From Camelus ferus (Eukaryota), in the NCBI RefSeq assembly GCF_009834535.1, contig NC_045696.1:68884001-68948000 (forward strand): DNA of 64,000 bases, written 5' to 3'. The notes below the pieces were generated by a model, which saw only the letters and a list, made by a program, of their open reading frames with translations, did no database searches and was not told where the DNA came from. The translations under genes were made by a program, and so were the position numbers. Below are positions 25,975 to 37,913 of the stretch, in pieces. Numbering within the stretch: position 1 is the stretch's first letter; every line of letters begins with the position of its first letter.

Positions 25975-27024
25975 AGGAGGCTTAGGGTAGATCCTAAGAG
26001 TTGACCATGAGAAAGGAGAATGTTTTTGTTCCTTCAGTAAATACTGATCAAGCACCTACGCATTGCCAGGCACTGTTCTAGGTGCTGAAAACAATGGTTG
26101 TGAGCAAGAAAGACAAAGTCCTTGCCCTTGGAGACCTTGAAATCTACTGCAAGGAGAGACATTAATAAATAAGCACAACACCTGTATTCGAGATAATTGC
26201 AGTTTGTGTACCAGAGACCCTGGGGGAATGTCCTTTAGGCAGAGGGATAATTCAGGGACTGCCTCTGAGCTGAGACCCATAGGGCACGGGAGGGGCCCAG
26301 GGAAGTGCATTCCAGCCAGAGGATGCAGCAGTGTCAAGACCCAAAGAGGGCAAGGACTTGCCTGGAGACAAGTGACTGAGGGAAGGAAAAATAAAGATGC
26401 AGTGAAAGAGGCTGGCAGGAACCAGATCATGTAGGCTGCAGAAGCCAGCTATGAAGTTTGGATTTTATTCTAAGATTTTTTAAAAAATCAATCAAAGGAG
26501 AAAATTTTAAAACAGGCCACTAAATTTGGGCTCATAAAAAAGGGGGGGAAAGATCTTTGTTTGCCAAACTGTCCTTTGCTATTGCTATCGCAGACTAAAA
26601 GACTTTCAAACTCAAATAGGTTTCCAGGAAATCACCAGGAAAAATCCACAGCTACTGAGATCCCAGCAAACAAACCTGAAAGGGCAAAGACTGTAGCAGA
26701 CAGGGGCCTCCACTTCTCTTTAACTTAGCAGAAAAAGATGCGAATGAGAAAAGGAAGAAATAATTGCACTGTGATATGCACAGGATATAACTGCATGCCT
26801 AGAAAATTTGACAGATTCAGCTTGCTAGTAAATTCATAAATACATCAAAACTTACTGCCCACAGGTATAATAATTCTAAATAGTTAAAAATTATGGTGAA
26901 AGAAATTTTATCATTATTTGGACTAAACATTTTTCATATTTTCCAGTTAGCTTAATGAATCATATAACCATTTATGGAAGACTATATTCTGATTCTGGTT
27001 AGGAGAACCCGGTATGACACAGAT

Positions 27025-27243
27025 CAGGTCTGGCAAACTATGGCCTACAGACCAAATTTGACCTGTCCCATTTTTGTAAATAAAGGTTTATTGGAACACA
27101 ACCAAGTACATTTATTTACTACTGTCTCTGGTTGGTTTCGCACTAGAATGGCAGAGTTGTGTCCTCGTAAGAGACACTCTATGTCCTCAAAACCAAAAAT
27201 ATTTACTATCTGGTCATTTACAGGGAAAGTTTGCTGAGCCCTG
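27025..27243 (+). mobile_element. hAT-Charlie MITE, MER58A-like
   Basis: TIRs CAGGTCTGGCAAACT/AGTTTGCTGAGCCCTG and core TTTTTGTAAATAAAGGTTTATTGGAACACA...AAAATATTTACTATCTGG. Confidence 0.8.
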
Positions 27244-27411
27244 ATATAAACAATCATGATTTCTGAGCTACTCAATCCAAGGGTGTCTTCCCAGTCCTTG
27301 CTCTGCCCAGGACTCCATCTGCCCCCAAATATGCCCAAACTGCATCCCCCTTTGCCTTCCATCATACTGTACACTCCTGCTGCTTCTCTTTCAGCCTTTC
27401 TCACTGGCCTT

Positions 27412-27604
27412 TCCTTTTTTTTTTTTTTTTTTTTTTTTACAATTTTATTATTATTATTTTCTTTCTTTTTAGGGTTTTTTTTGGGGGTAGGAGGTAATTT
27501 GGTTTATTTACTTAATTTTTCTTTTAATGGAGGTACTGGGGATTGAACCCAGGATCTCATGCATGCTAAGCATGCACTCTACCACTGAGCTATACCCTCC
27601 TCCA
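27412..27604 (-). mobile_element. tRNA-derived SINE (Vic-1-like)
   Basis: Minus strand GGAGGGTATAGCTCAGTGGTAGAGTGCATGCTTAGCATGCATGAGATCCTGGGTTCAATCCCCAGTACCTCC, long A tail. TSD TCACTGGCCTT at 27401-27411 and 27605-27615. Confidence 0.9.
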
Positions 27605-30600
27605 TCACTGGCCTTCCTGATTTTTATTTCCTTGTCTCTGTTCTTTCCCTGTTCTTCAAATGTAATCTTTTTTCTAGGTTTTCTCATCAGTCCTATTTCC
27701 TGGACTACAACTATCACCTTGATACAAATGACTCCTAAATCTGACCCTTTCCTGGAAGCAAATACGGAGCTGCAGCAGGATCTACCCAGGGAAGTCCACA
27801 AACACGCCAGACTCAGCACATCCAGGATGGAACTGATCCTTCTCCAGAAGCAAGCTCCCCTGTGATACAACAGAGCCACTCCCGGGCCAGAGACTCCAGC
27901 TCCTGCCTCTCCCTCAAGGTCATTTCTAGTTAGAACGTTCTGTCTCTTCTACCTCAGGATGCCTCTCAAATCAGACCCTGTCTTTCCATCACCAGCACCC
28001 CTGCTCAGCAGGCCTGGCACTTGTCACTTGGGCAATAGTCCCTAATAACCAGAGACTATATAGCAGTGCCCAGAGAGAAGGGGACTCAGAGAAATGAGAA
28101 ATCTCTCAAAAATACACATGATCCCATCACTTGTCCACTCAAAAACCTTCTAGGGCTATCTGTGGCTAAAAAAAATGAAATCCAAAGTCCTTACTGTGAC
28201 CATCAGCAATCTACGAGCTGATCCCTGACTGCCTTTCTGACCTGTTCCTCCACCCTCTTCACCCTGCAGGGCCCCACCTCCAAGGCAAACAAAATTAATT
28301 GCTTTTTGGGGTTTTCTTCCCCCCCCCCTTTTTTTAAACTGAAGTATGGTCAGTTTACAATGTTGTGTCAATTTCAAAATAGGATTATTTATGATGCCCA
28401 AACATACTTTGCACGTTTTTCCATGCAGCCTTTACTTCCTGCTTTTGCCTCAACTCAGAACATTCTCCTCCCTTCCTCTAGGTGAGCAAGTAAGCAAGAA
28501 TATCAAGGGATTATTTTAGCCTAACAAAGGATTCATTTATTACTATAAAGACACAATCATTGTGAGGTACAAAAGCAGAGGTTAGGCTAAGTGTGGGGGC
28601 CTTGGAGTCAAGTCCAAGGTTTCAAGCCCCAGTCTGCTATGAATCAGTTGTGTAACCTCTTTGAACGTCAACACTCAGCTTATCAGTAAACGGGAAAAAT
28701 AATCGTACCTACCTCGTAGGATTACTGGGAGGATTAAAAGAACAAGGCTTCTTAGGCCCGTAGCAGGTGCACAGAAAGTGTTACTCCTATTAGTTATTAT
28801 ATTTTTCAAATGTGCTATTGTTTGAAATGAAAATTCAAACAAATCTAAGATACTTTACATGCATACATATCAAAAACAGTTGCCTGCCATTGGCTGGTTT
28901 GTGGGACTGCTGGAAACAGTGCATTATTACAATCCCTCTGGTAAACAATTTTGTAATAGACCAAAAGAAACAAGAAGCCATGAAACATATCTTACTTTTG
29001 TATCCTAGTCCCACTCCTGAGAATATTTTCCCCTTTGAAGGGCAGTGGTAGTCACTTAAATTATCTGCACAAAAGCCTCATTAGCTCTTTGTAAGAGCAA
29101 ACAATGTGAAACCATCTGGTATGTTCAACAGTTGGGAATAGGCTGGACAGATTCCAGGTGCAGTGGGAATGCCGGGGGCCTGGCAAGCTCGGAGGCCATT
29201 AACAGAGGGCCTTTCCTTTCCCCTTCCCCTTTGTAGTCTAAGTTGCTGTTTGTTACTGTTGATGAATCCATGAATTGAATAAAAGAAGACATGAACGAAC
29301 TCCTTTAAATACATGTTGGACTAAATGCCCAAAGGAAACACTATAAAATGCAGAACATTTGAAGTCTACCATGCAATTTGTGTTAGATCTCAGGATCAAA
29401 GTCCTTCCATGGAAACACATATTTGAAACTATAACTGCAGTCTACAGGAAAAGGTTATTTTAATTAATGTTTCGTTAAATCGCTGCGAAGTTTTACGGAG
29501 TGCATAAAAATAATGATTATAGTCCCAATTCATGGAAGTGTTAGGCTCTGCCTGAAACTTCAACACAACTCCAGTCTGGCAGACAACGATGATGTGTTGA
29601 GGACCAGCTAACATTTCAGGACCTGGAATGTTCTAACCATTACCACTAAGGAGCAAAAATGGGCAAGAAAGAAAGAAATTTAGTTCCTCTTATGGATGAA
29701 CAAAAAGTAATTACATTTAGTTTCTAGAAAAAGAAGAAAAAAAAGAAACCGCAAAAGCAAAAGCTGGGGTGGGGTTGGTTACCTCGGCAGCTTCTGTTCC
29801 AAAGTGCTGCCTATCTGGGGAGGTACTAAATGTGATCTCACCACTGCTCTCTGCTCTAGAGAATCCAGTTTGGGTCTGCTTTTCTTGTGAGAGCCTGTGC
29901 TGGGTTTCCAGCCATTTTTCCTGGCAGTCACATAAAGGAAATAAACAAGGAGACATATGCCCTCACCTGCTCGACTACTTTCCAGAGCCTGACAGAAGAG
30001 CAAGGCTTCCTGTGTTTTGCTTTCTTTAGCCTGATTCATTTCACAATAACGGAAAGCACATTCTCCCAAAATAAGGGAACTAAGGAGCCTTAAGCAAATC
30101 CATAGCTCTGTGCTGTACACATGTTTACAAATCTGGATAATTCTCTATCTTCACTAACTGCAAAAGATTTCAAGACAAGCAAATTGATATATTCTGAGCA
30201 GTGATTTTTTTTTTTTAACCTTTTGGGGGGGGCGTCACAGACACCTTTGAAAATCAACTAAAAGCCGTGCACTCTCTCTTTGGGAAAATGCAGACTGACT
30301 TACACATATACACCCATGCTATAGACACCTAATCAGAGTATATTTTTGCAGGTGATTTTAGGGACTCATGAACCTCTTGAGTTGGTTCACAGCCCCCAAT
30401 TAATTCTTTTTAAGGAGAAAAACTGAAAATTGCCCAGGTAGTTGAGACCAAAAGAGACAGCCACTAATTCATCAGTAAAATTACTGAATTTCACCTAGAA
30501 CCTGAAGATAGAAATCTATGCTTTAAATATTTTTAAATGTCAGTGGTATTTTGTTTAGTGGTCACAGTGGAACTCTCTTTTCAAACAAACTCTTCTGTAG

Positions 30601-30843
30601 AACACCAATATTTAAGACAGATTAAAAAAATATGAAGCCATTCTAATTGATAAAGGTGCCAGAAGACTGGGTCCCCATCCTCTCAAGGCATCTCTGACTC
30701 ATGAAGGACAGTTGGAAAACACTGCTCTGGGGCTGCTCTGCTAGCCTCTAGAGCCACACTGGGACCCCTGGTCCCCAGTCCTGTCCATGTGCCCAGATGA
30801 ACACTGGCTGTTCAGATAACAGTCTTAACACCCTAGAACCCAC

Positions 30844-31429
30844 CTATTTCTCGACCCAGTTGGGAGGACTTCAGAGATCCCGCTGAAGAGACGACTGCAC
30901 ACCTGCCCCACGGCCCAGCCTTGGTCCTAATGTTCTCCCTGGGCAGGTAACCCTCCCATTCGGAGGTGTTGAAGGGAAAATCTGTGGCCTCTACCATGGA
31001 AACGTTCACGTGGTCCCGGAGGTGGCAAAGCAGGGCCTCTGCACTGAGCTTAACGCCAGGCCCAGGCCCCTTGTAGGACACTTTGTACTTGTTCATGCTC
31101 AGATAATTCTTCCAGATCTTTTGCAGCCTGGGGATAAGGTTTTTGGAAGAGCTGTCCTTGTTCCACACCTGGAAGGTGGCCTCTGGCTTGGCCTTGGCTG
31201 GGCCCCTGGGACTCTGGGGATTCTGCGTGCCTCCTGAAGATACAGACCGGGAACCAGACCCCACGGTCAGTTTCTCCAGACTCCTCAACACTTGGAATTC
31301 CTTGGTGGGCATTTTAAGGGACTCATAGTAACTCCCTTTCTTCTTTTCCTTCCACACACAGATGATCGCAAACAGGAGAAAGACAAGCACACAGCAGCTG
31401 AATTTCTTCTTCAAGTTGGTGTGAATCAT
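30844..31429 (-). CDS. ST6GAL1: ST6GAL1 first coding exon: cytoplasmic tail, TM anchor, stem and start of sialylmotif L (586 coding nt; exon starts at 31480 with 51 nt of 5' UTR)
   Basis: Translates [31 protein letters not shown]...[21 protein letters not shown], recognisable ST6Gal I N-terminus. ATG at 31429 has A at -3. Acceptor cttttttcag| at 31481; donor ATAG|gtgggt at 30843 (phase 1). Confidence 0.98.
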
Positions 31430-33110
31430 AATTAAAGACGTGTTCAAGGAAGCCACTCTGTTCTGAGCAGGACAACAAGCCTGAAAAAAGAGAGACAAGG
31501 CAAAAAAAGATGTAAAGAAAATCTAAATGTAACGGTGGACTGAGCAATGGATTTAGAATGACAAGAATTGAATTCCAGCCAAGGTATATCTCCCACCAGG
31601 TCTGCGAACTTTATCAACTCTCAAAAAAAAAAAGATAAAAATCCACCCTCTGTTTGGGCTTTAACAGTAGAAAGCAGTCCTCAGACAAACTCCCATCTTC
31701 CTCTCTGTGCAGTGATCACTTTACACGCCCTTCCACCAGTCCGCCTCACACCCTGAGTCTTAGCTTCGTGCTGTCTTGGTCCAGCTCCCTGACTGCCCTC
31801 TGGACTTCTTGAGGTCAAGAACCACATCTCACACTATTTGTTCCATGAAAGCATATATGCTTGAAAAGCCAAAAGGAAAAGGAAGGGCAGGCTGACCTGT
31901 CTACATCACAAGTACCCAACCTCCCTGAAAAAGGCCCAGTACCTTTTTAAAATTGCAAGGGACCTCTCGCCATAGACAGTGTCATAGGTCTGTGTCTCAT
32001 CTCTCTAAGGGCGGTAGTGCTGGACTCCGGCGTGAGAAGAAAACCAAGGGTTAGCTTCACAATCTAACATGTGTCAGGAGACTGTCTCGCCTCACTGAGA
32101 AAGGTGGGGAATCTTGGTAAGATAGCAGACCTGGGACCAATTAAGGAAATGAAAACAAAAATGCATGAAGCACACTAGGCATTTAATCATTAACTTCACC
32201 ATAAGTCAGGTCACTGTGATGCGTAACTTCAGTGAGCACCAAGTTTATAATAATCTGATAAGAAGGGCATCCCCTGAGCTGTGCAGAAGGGCCCTGAAAT
32301 TCACCCGCCATGAAGGTGTTATAATCTCCATCTTTATAGATCAGCCACCTGAGGCTCTGGGAGGTTAAAAGAAGTGCCTAGAATCGCACAGGTGAGTAAA
32401 TAGTAGCTTTGAGGCTCAAATCCAAGTGCACTTGATTCCATAATCCATGTCCCTTTCACTACTTCATCTACAGAACTGCTGAAAAGGTTCTGGAAAATGG
32501 ATTTCACTAAGCAAATAGAGCCTGAATAGTCCCCTTTATTTCTGGGTAAAGACCTACTCTGTTTTCCCAGAATTTATTGTGAAACTGAGTGGAAAATGGA
32601 AGCACTTTGAACTTAAACAATGTCTGTACCTTCTGAAAACATTAAATTCTCCCCTGAGTGACTGTGTTTATTTATCGTGATGAGTCTAAGCAATCACCCG
32701 CAGGGGTTTGCTAACTGATTAGGAACCTAGAGTCCACTTCCATGAAGCCCGCTCCTAAGGGTATCGGGGTGAGGTGGCAGGAGTACTAAGCTGGGTGGTC
32801 ACACAACCTGGGTTCTTGTCCCCATTCCTGGTGACCTTAGGCAAGTCACTTAGCCCCTCTGCACCTCAGTTTCTGTAGAGTAGTCATCTTTGCCCTGTCT
32901 CATTCACCGAGTGTTGGGAGGACCAAATGTAAATGGTGTTAACAGGCTTTGAACTAGATAATGTAAAGGCACAGGAGATGTTCTGATCAGAGGCTAGAGA
33001 GCAGCCCCTTAGGCCAGAGGGCCACGAGGAGGCAACAAGGGACAGCGAACAATGACAGAGTGGAACACGGGCCGTGGCTCAACCTGAACTTCAGGTCCTT
33101 CATCTGAGAC

Positions 33111-35469
33111 TTTTTTTTTTAATTGAAGTACGGTTGACTTATTAGTTTCAGGTATAAAACATAGTGATTTGATATTTTTATAGATTATGCATCATAGAGT
33201 CATTACAATGCTATTGATAATAATCCCTGTGTAGTACATTACATCCCCGTGACTTATATAACTGGTAATTTGTACCTCAAATCCTCTTCACCTATGTTAC
33301 CCATCTCCCCAACACCCTCCCCTCTCACACCACTAATTTGTTCTCCATGTCTGTGAAACTGTTCCTGTTTTATTATATTTGTTTGTTTTGCTTTTTTAGA
33401 TTCCACATATACCTGAAAACAGTTTTTGCCTTATTTCACTTAGCATAATACCCTTTAGGTCCATCCATATCACAAATGGCAAGATTTCATTCTTTTTATG
33501 GCTCAGTAATATTCCATCATGTTTGGGTGTGTGTGTTTGTGTATGTACGTATATGTGTGTGTATATATGTAAAATACATATTGGTTATCCATTCATCTGT
33601 TGGGCACTCAGGATGCTTTCATATCTTGGCTGCTGTTAATTATAAATAATGCTACAATGAACATTGGTGTGCATAAATCTTTTGAATTGTTTTTGTTTTC
33701 TTAGAATAAATATCCAGAAATTGAAGCACTAAATCATATGGTGGCTCATCTTTAACTTTTTAAGGAAACTCCATACTGCCTTCCATAGTGGCTGCACCAA
33801 TTTATATTCCCACTAACAGTGCACGAGAGTTCCCTTTTCTCCACATCCTTGGCAATACTTGTTGTTTCTTGCCTTTTTGGGGGGCAGCTATTCTGACAGG
33901 TATGAGGTATGGTTTGGATTTGTGTTTCCCTGATGATCAGTGATGCTGAGCATCTTTTTATGTGCCTGTTGTCTTATAGTTTTCAGAGTACTGGTCTTTC
34001 ACCTCCTTGGTTAAATTTATTCCTAGGTTTTTGGGGTTTTTTTTATGTGGTTTATAAATGGTTTTCTTTTCTTGATTTCTTTTTCTGATAGTTCATTATT
34101 AGTATGGAAGTACAATTTCTGTATATTAATTTTGTATCCTGCAACTTTACTGAATTTATTTATTAGTTCTAATAGTTTTTTGGTGGAGTCTTTAGGGTTT
34201 TCTAATACAAAATCATGTCATCTGCAAATAGTGGTAGTTTTAATTCTTCCCATACAATTTGGATTCCTTTTCTTTTTCTTGTCTGATTGCTGTGGCTAGG
34301 ACGTCCAATACTATGCTGAATAAAATGAGCATCTTTGTCGTGTTCCTTATCTTAGAGGAAATACTTTCAGCTTTTCACCACTGAGTAAGATGTTAGGTGT
34401 GGGTTTGTCATAAATGGCCTTTATTTAAAAAGCTCCAATAAACAATCTTCATTTTTTAAAATTCTTTTTTCTTTTCACTGTTCTGATTGGGTGATTTCCA
34501 CTATTCTGTCTTTTAGGTCACTGATGCATTCTTCTGTATCACCTAATCTGCTGTTGATGCCCTCTAGTGTATTTTTTCATTTCAGTTAGTGTTTTCATCA
34601 TCTCTGATTGGTTCTTTTTTATATTTTCTAATTCTTTGTTGAAGTTCTCACTGTGTTCCTCTATTCTTCTGACTTTAGTGAGAATATTTATGACCCTTGC
34701 TTTGAACTCTCTATGAGATAAATTACTTATCTAAGTTTTATTGGGTTTTTTTTTTTCCCTGAGGTTTTATCTTATTCTTTCATTTGGAACATATTACTCT
34801 GTCCCCAGGGTGCACCAGTGATTGCCACCTTGTGGGGGGTTCTGAAGCTAAACTAGAGCCACAGCCTGGCATGTGCCAGGACTTCTCCAGGGTGCACCAG
34901 GGGCTGCTGCCTTGGCATGGGGGACAGTTGGAGGAGCCAGGTGGAGGCTAGGGGGTGTGCTGGTGTGGTCTTGGCAGGCTGGCTAGATTGCCAGGTGCTT
35001 TTCAATCCACTACCTCTGCACTGGGCCTGGGAGCAAGTAATTTTGTGTGCAAGCCCTTTAAGAGCACAGTCTCAGTTTCCTATAGCCCTCCAGCTCTCCC
35101 AGCTGTAAGGCTACTGGTTTTCAAAACCAGTTAAGGGGGATCATCTTCTTGATGCTGGTCCGTAGGGCTAGGGCCCCCAATGTGGGGCTTGAACCCTTTG
35201 CTCTTACGGAGGATCTCCAAGTTTGTGATGTCCCCTTTTGTTGTGGGGCACCTGCCAGGGGGTGGAGGGTCCTGAAGTGATCATGTCTCGGCCCCTCCTA
35301 TTCGCCTTGCTGTGTTTTTTCTTTATATCCTTAATTGTAGGAGAGCTATTCTGTAGTCTTCAGGTCATTCTCAGAGAAAGCTGTTCTATATGTAGTTTCA
35401 GTTTTGGTGTGCTCATGAGAGGAGGTTAAGCTCAGTGTCTCCCTACTCCACCATCTTGATCCTGCCTCA
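33111..35469 (-). mobile_element. Internally deleted L1 keeping its 5' UTR, parts of ORF1 and ORF2, and its 3' end
   Basis: 5' end GAGGCAGGATCAAGATGGTGGAGTAGG. ORF1-like sequence at about 34430-34803, ORF2-like at about 33972-34428, 3' end with poly(A) at 33111. TSD CTGAGACT(C/T)TTT at 33104 and 35470. Confidence 0.8.
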
Positions 35470-36066
35470 CTGAGACTCTTTAATTAAGTGACATCCAGAC
35501 CATTCTTGGAATCCACTGGAAGTGCCAACCAGTGCTTCCCACTAACCCAGACCTCAGGAACAAGTGGCTCTGGGGAGGACGGATTCCTGCCTTGGGCTGC
35601 TAAAGTTTTGGAAGGGATGAAATGTACACAGAGGGAGAATTCAAACATGAGATTATGAAATGGGGGAGGGGCTTGTTGCATCATCAGAAAACTAAACAAT
35701 TCAATTTCCCCTGACACCCAACACAGTGAATCACAGGACTCTATGACAGCTGAAGAAAAACTAGAAAAGAAGGGAAAGTAGCATTTAAGAAGCACCTACT
35801 ATATACAGTAGGCACTTTACCTCCTTTATCTCATTTAATTTTTGCTATGCCACTATGGAATAGACATTAACAACCCCACTTGAGAAAATGAAGAAACAGA
35901 GGCTTAGCAAGGTTACAGGGCTATTGACAAGCAAGCCAGTAGCTCATCAGTGCCAGAACCAGGATTCCAACCCAGATCTCTCTGACTAAAAGGACTGGAA
36001 TCTGTGATAAAGCACAGTGAAAAACCCATGTTGACCAACCAGGATTCAGAAATCAGGGTCCCTAGA

Positions 36067-36287
36067 CGGGATTTCAAAACTGTAGAATCGATAAACAAGA
36101 TTATACTGTACAGCACAGGGAAATATACACAAGAGCTTATGGTAGCTCACAGAGAAAAAAATGTGACAATGAATATGTGTATGTTCATGTATAACTGAAA
36201 AATTGTGCTCTACACTGGAATTTGACACAACATTGAAAATGATTATAAATCAATAAAAAATGTTAAAAAAAAAAAAAAAAGAAGTAA
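36067..36287 (+). mobile_element. Short 5'-truncated lineage-specific L1 3' end
   Basis: Same 3' UTR family as the element at 14646-15715. Has AATAAA and poly(A). 19-bp TSD AGAAATCAG(G/C)GTCCCTAGA at 36048-36066 and 36288-36306. Confidence 0.9.
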
Positions 36288-37724
36288 AGAAATCAGCGTC
36301 CCTAGAGAGAAAACTTAATCAGACAATCACACAAAAAACACCCTCACTATGAGTGCTTACCAGACTTAACTCATGTATACTATTTTACCATTCAGGTGAC
36401 CCTTTCACAGTCACTAGGTTTATGAGACCCAGTATAACCCTGTGAAATGAGCATAGCTAATTTTATCAGTTCCATTTACAGCTGAAGATACTAAGGTTTT
36501 GTAAATGGAAATAATTTTCCAAGTTGCACAAGTGATTTGGAAATGGTAGAGGTAGGACTTAACTTTCATGTGTAGGAGTGAGATGAGACAGGAGGTAGGG
36601 AGGTGGAACCCAGTTCATGGTCTCATTCAGCAGAGGCTCAGAAGGGCTTCTGTTCAGCTTCTTGTCAGCACCTACTCTCCAAGGTTGAGTTTCCCAGGAA
36701 AGAAGAGTTCCCCCAAACATTGAGTCCTACAACTTTAAGACAGCCTCTGCCTTCAGAGCCCATGTAATCTGGGCTCCCAACTCTCTTGAACCCACTGTTC
36801 CAAGTCCACCAGCTGGCTGGAGCTTCTCGTCACAGGCACTTAGAGCTCCAACGTCCTTTCTCATTTGTCAAGCCACTCGAGAGAGACACGGATGGAAGAT
36901 GGTTCATCTAAGCAGCCCAAACTGAAGGAAAGGAGTGGTCAATTTTTCTCTTTACATTCTTTGGGAAAACATACCAAGCTTTGAATTTCCCAGTCGCAGA
37001 CTGACTTAACATCTCTAGGACTCTGCCTTGATGCGATCTCTTGCCTGGCAACCAGGTAGCCTTATCTTTCTGCTTCTGGCCTCCTGCAGAGCCAGCCTGC
37101 CCGTCAGCACTGTCCTTGCCCCGAGCTGCTCCCACCTACTTTTGAGTAATGCCTGCTTGTCGTGCAGACCCCCTGCTAGAGGGAAACCCCTCCTGGCCCA
37201 TTTCTGAAACTTCAGTGCCCAGTGCAGTGCCTGGGACACAGTGGCTATCCAATAAAGGACTGTTGCATTGGTGGGACTCGACGAATCCTTACAACGTCCA
37301 CCAGGCTTCCAGAAGAATATGACAACAACTCACATTATCACCAACAGAGAACAAGCCAACACTGAACCAACAGAAAGCAACTCCCAGCCAAAGTCAGGCT
37401 CCCACCCTGGGCTACATATCACGACGTGCCCAGTATGAAACGCAGGGCTTGGCTTATTGTAGGTGCTTATTTACAAACAGTGGACTGAATTACAGAATAA
37501 CTTCAGATCTTATATTTATAGTTTCTAGAAATAAGCAAACCACCTATTGCCACCCCTCATTGAATCAGGACCAAAAAATAAAATAAAATACATGAAGAAA
37601 ACAGCAAATCTACAGCCAGCCACTGACACCCTGTGGCTCCTTGTGGCCACCCCACCACACCGTTTGTACCCGGGAAAGTGCCCCTGTGCCGCCTCCGTGT
37701 CCCGCAGCGCCAGGTGTTCCTCAC

Positions 37725-37858
37725 CTGCTTCTGGTTAGCCCCCCGGGGCTGCTGGGGCCCCAGGTCCTCAGGAACTAGCACTGTTCTCTGCGGGAGGGAT
37801 GTTTGTTTTATTGGCCCTGGAGGCCAAGGATTATTTTCCTCCAGACATCAAAAAGCAT
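37725..37858 (-). other. ST6GAL1: ST6GAL1 non-coding 5' exon (exon I homologue)
   Basis: Ends ...GGGGGGCTAACCAGAAGCAG|gtgagg, a strong donor. Joined to 31480 it gives CCAGAAGCAG-GCTTGTTGTCCTGCTCAGAAC, matching my recollection of the human ST6GAL1 5' UTR. The 5' boundary is inferred by homology. Confidence 0.82.
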
Positions 37859-37900
37859 CGACAAAGGGGAAAAAAAAAAAAAGAGCTTTTTCTCAGCAGG

Positions 37901-37913
37901 GTTAAAGATTAAC
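37901..37913. promoter_or_regulatory. HNF1 binding site, probable hepatic P1 promoter of ST6GAL1
   Basis: GTTAAAGATTAAC has one mismatch to the palindromic HNF1 consensus GTTAATNATTAAC and lies about 45 nt upstream of exon I. The ST6GAL1 liver promoter P1 is known to adjoin exon I and depend on HNF1. Confidence 0.8.

Noticed and set aside
30833..31498. ORF-track N-terminal extension MSLFFQACC... and C-terminal GGF*
   Set aside because: The extension starts at a non-ATG codon in the intron upstream of the 31481 acceptor, and the tail runs past the 30843 donor.
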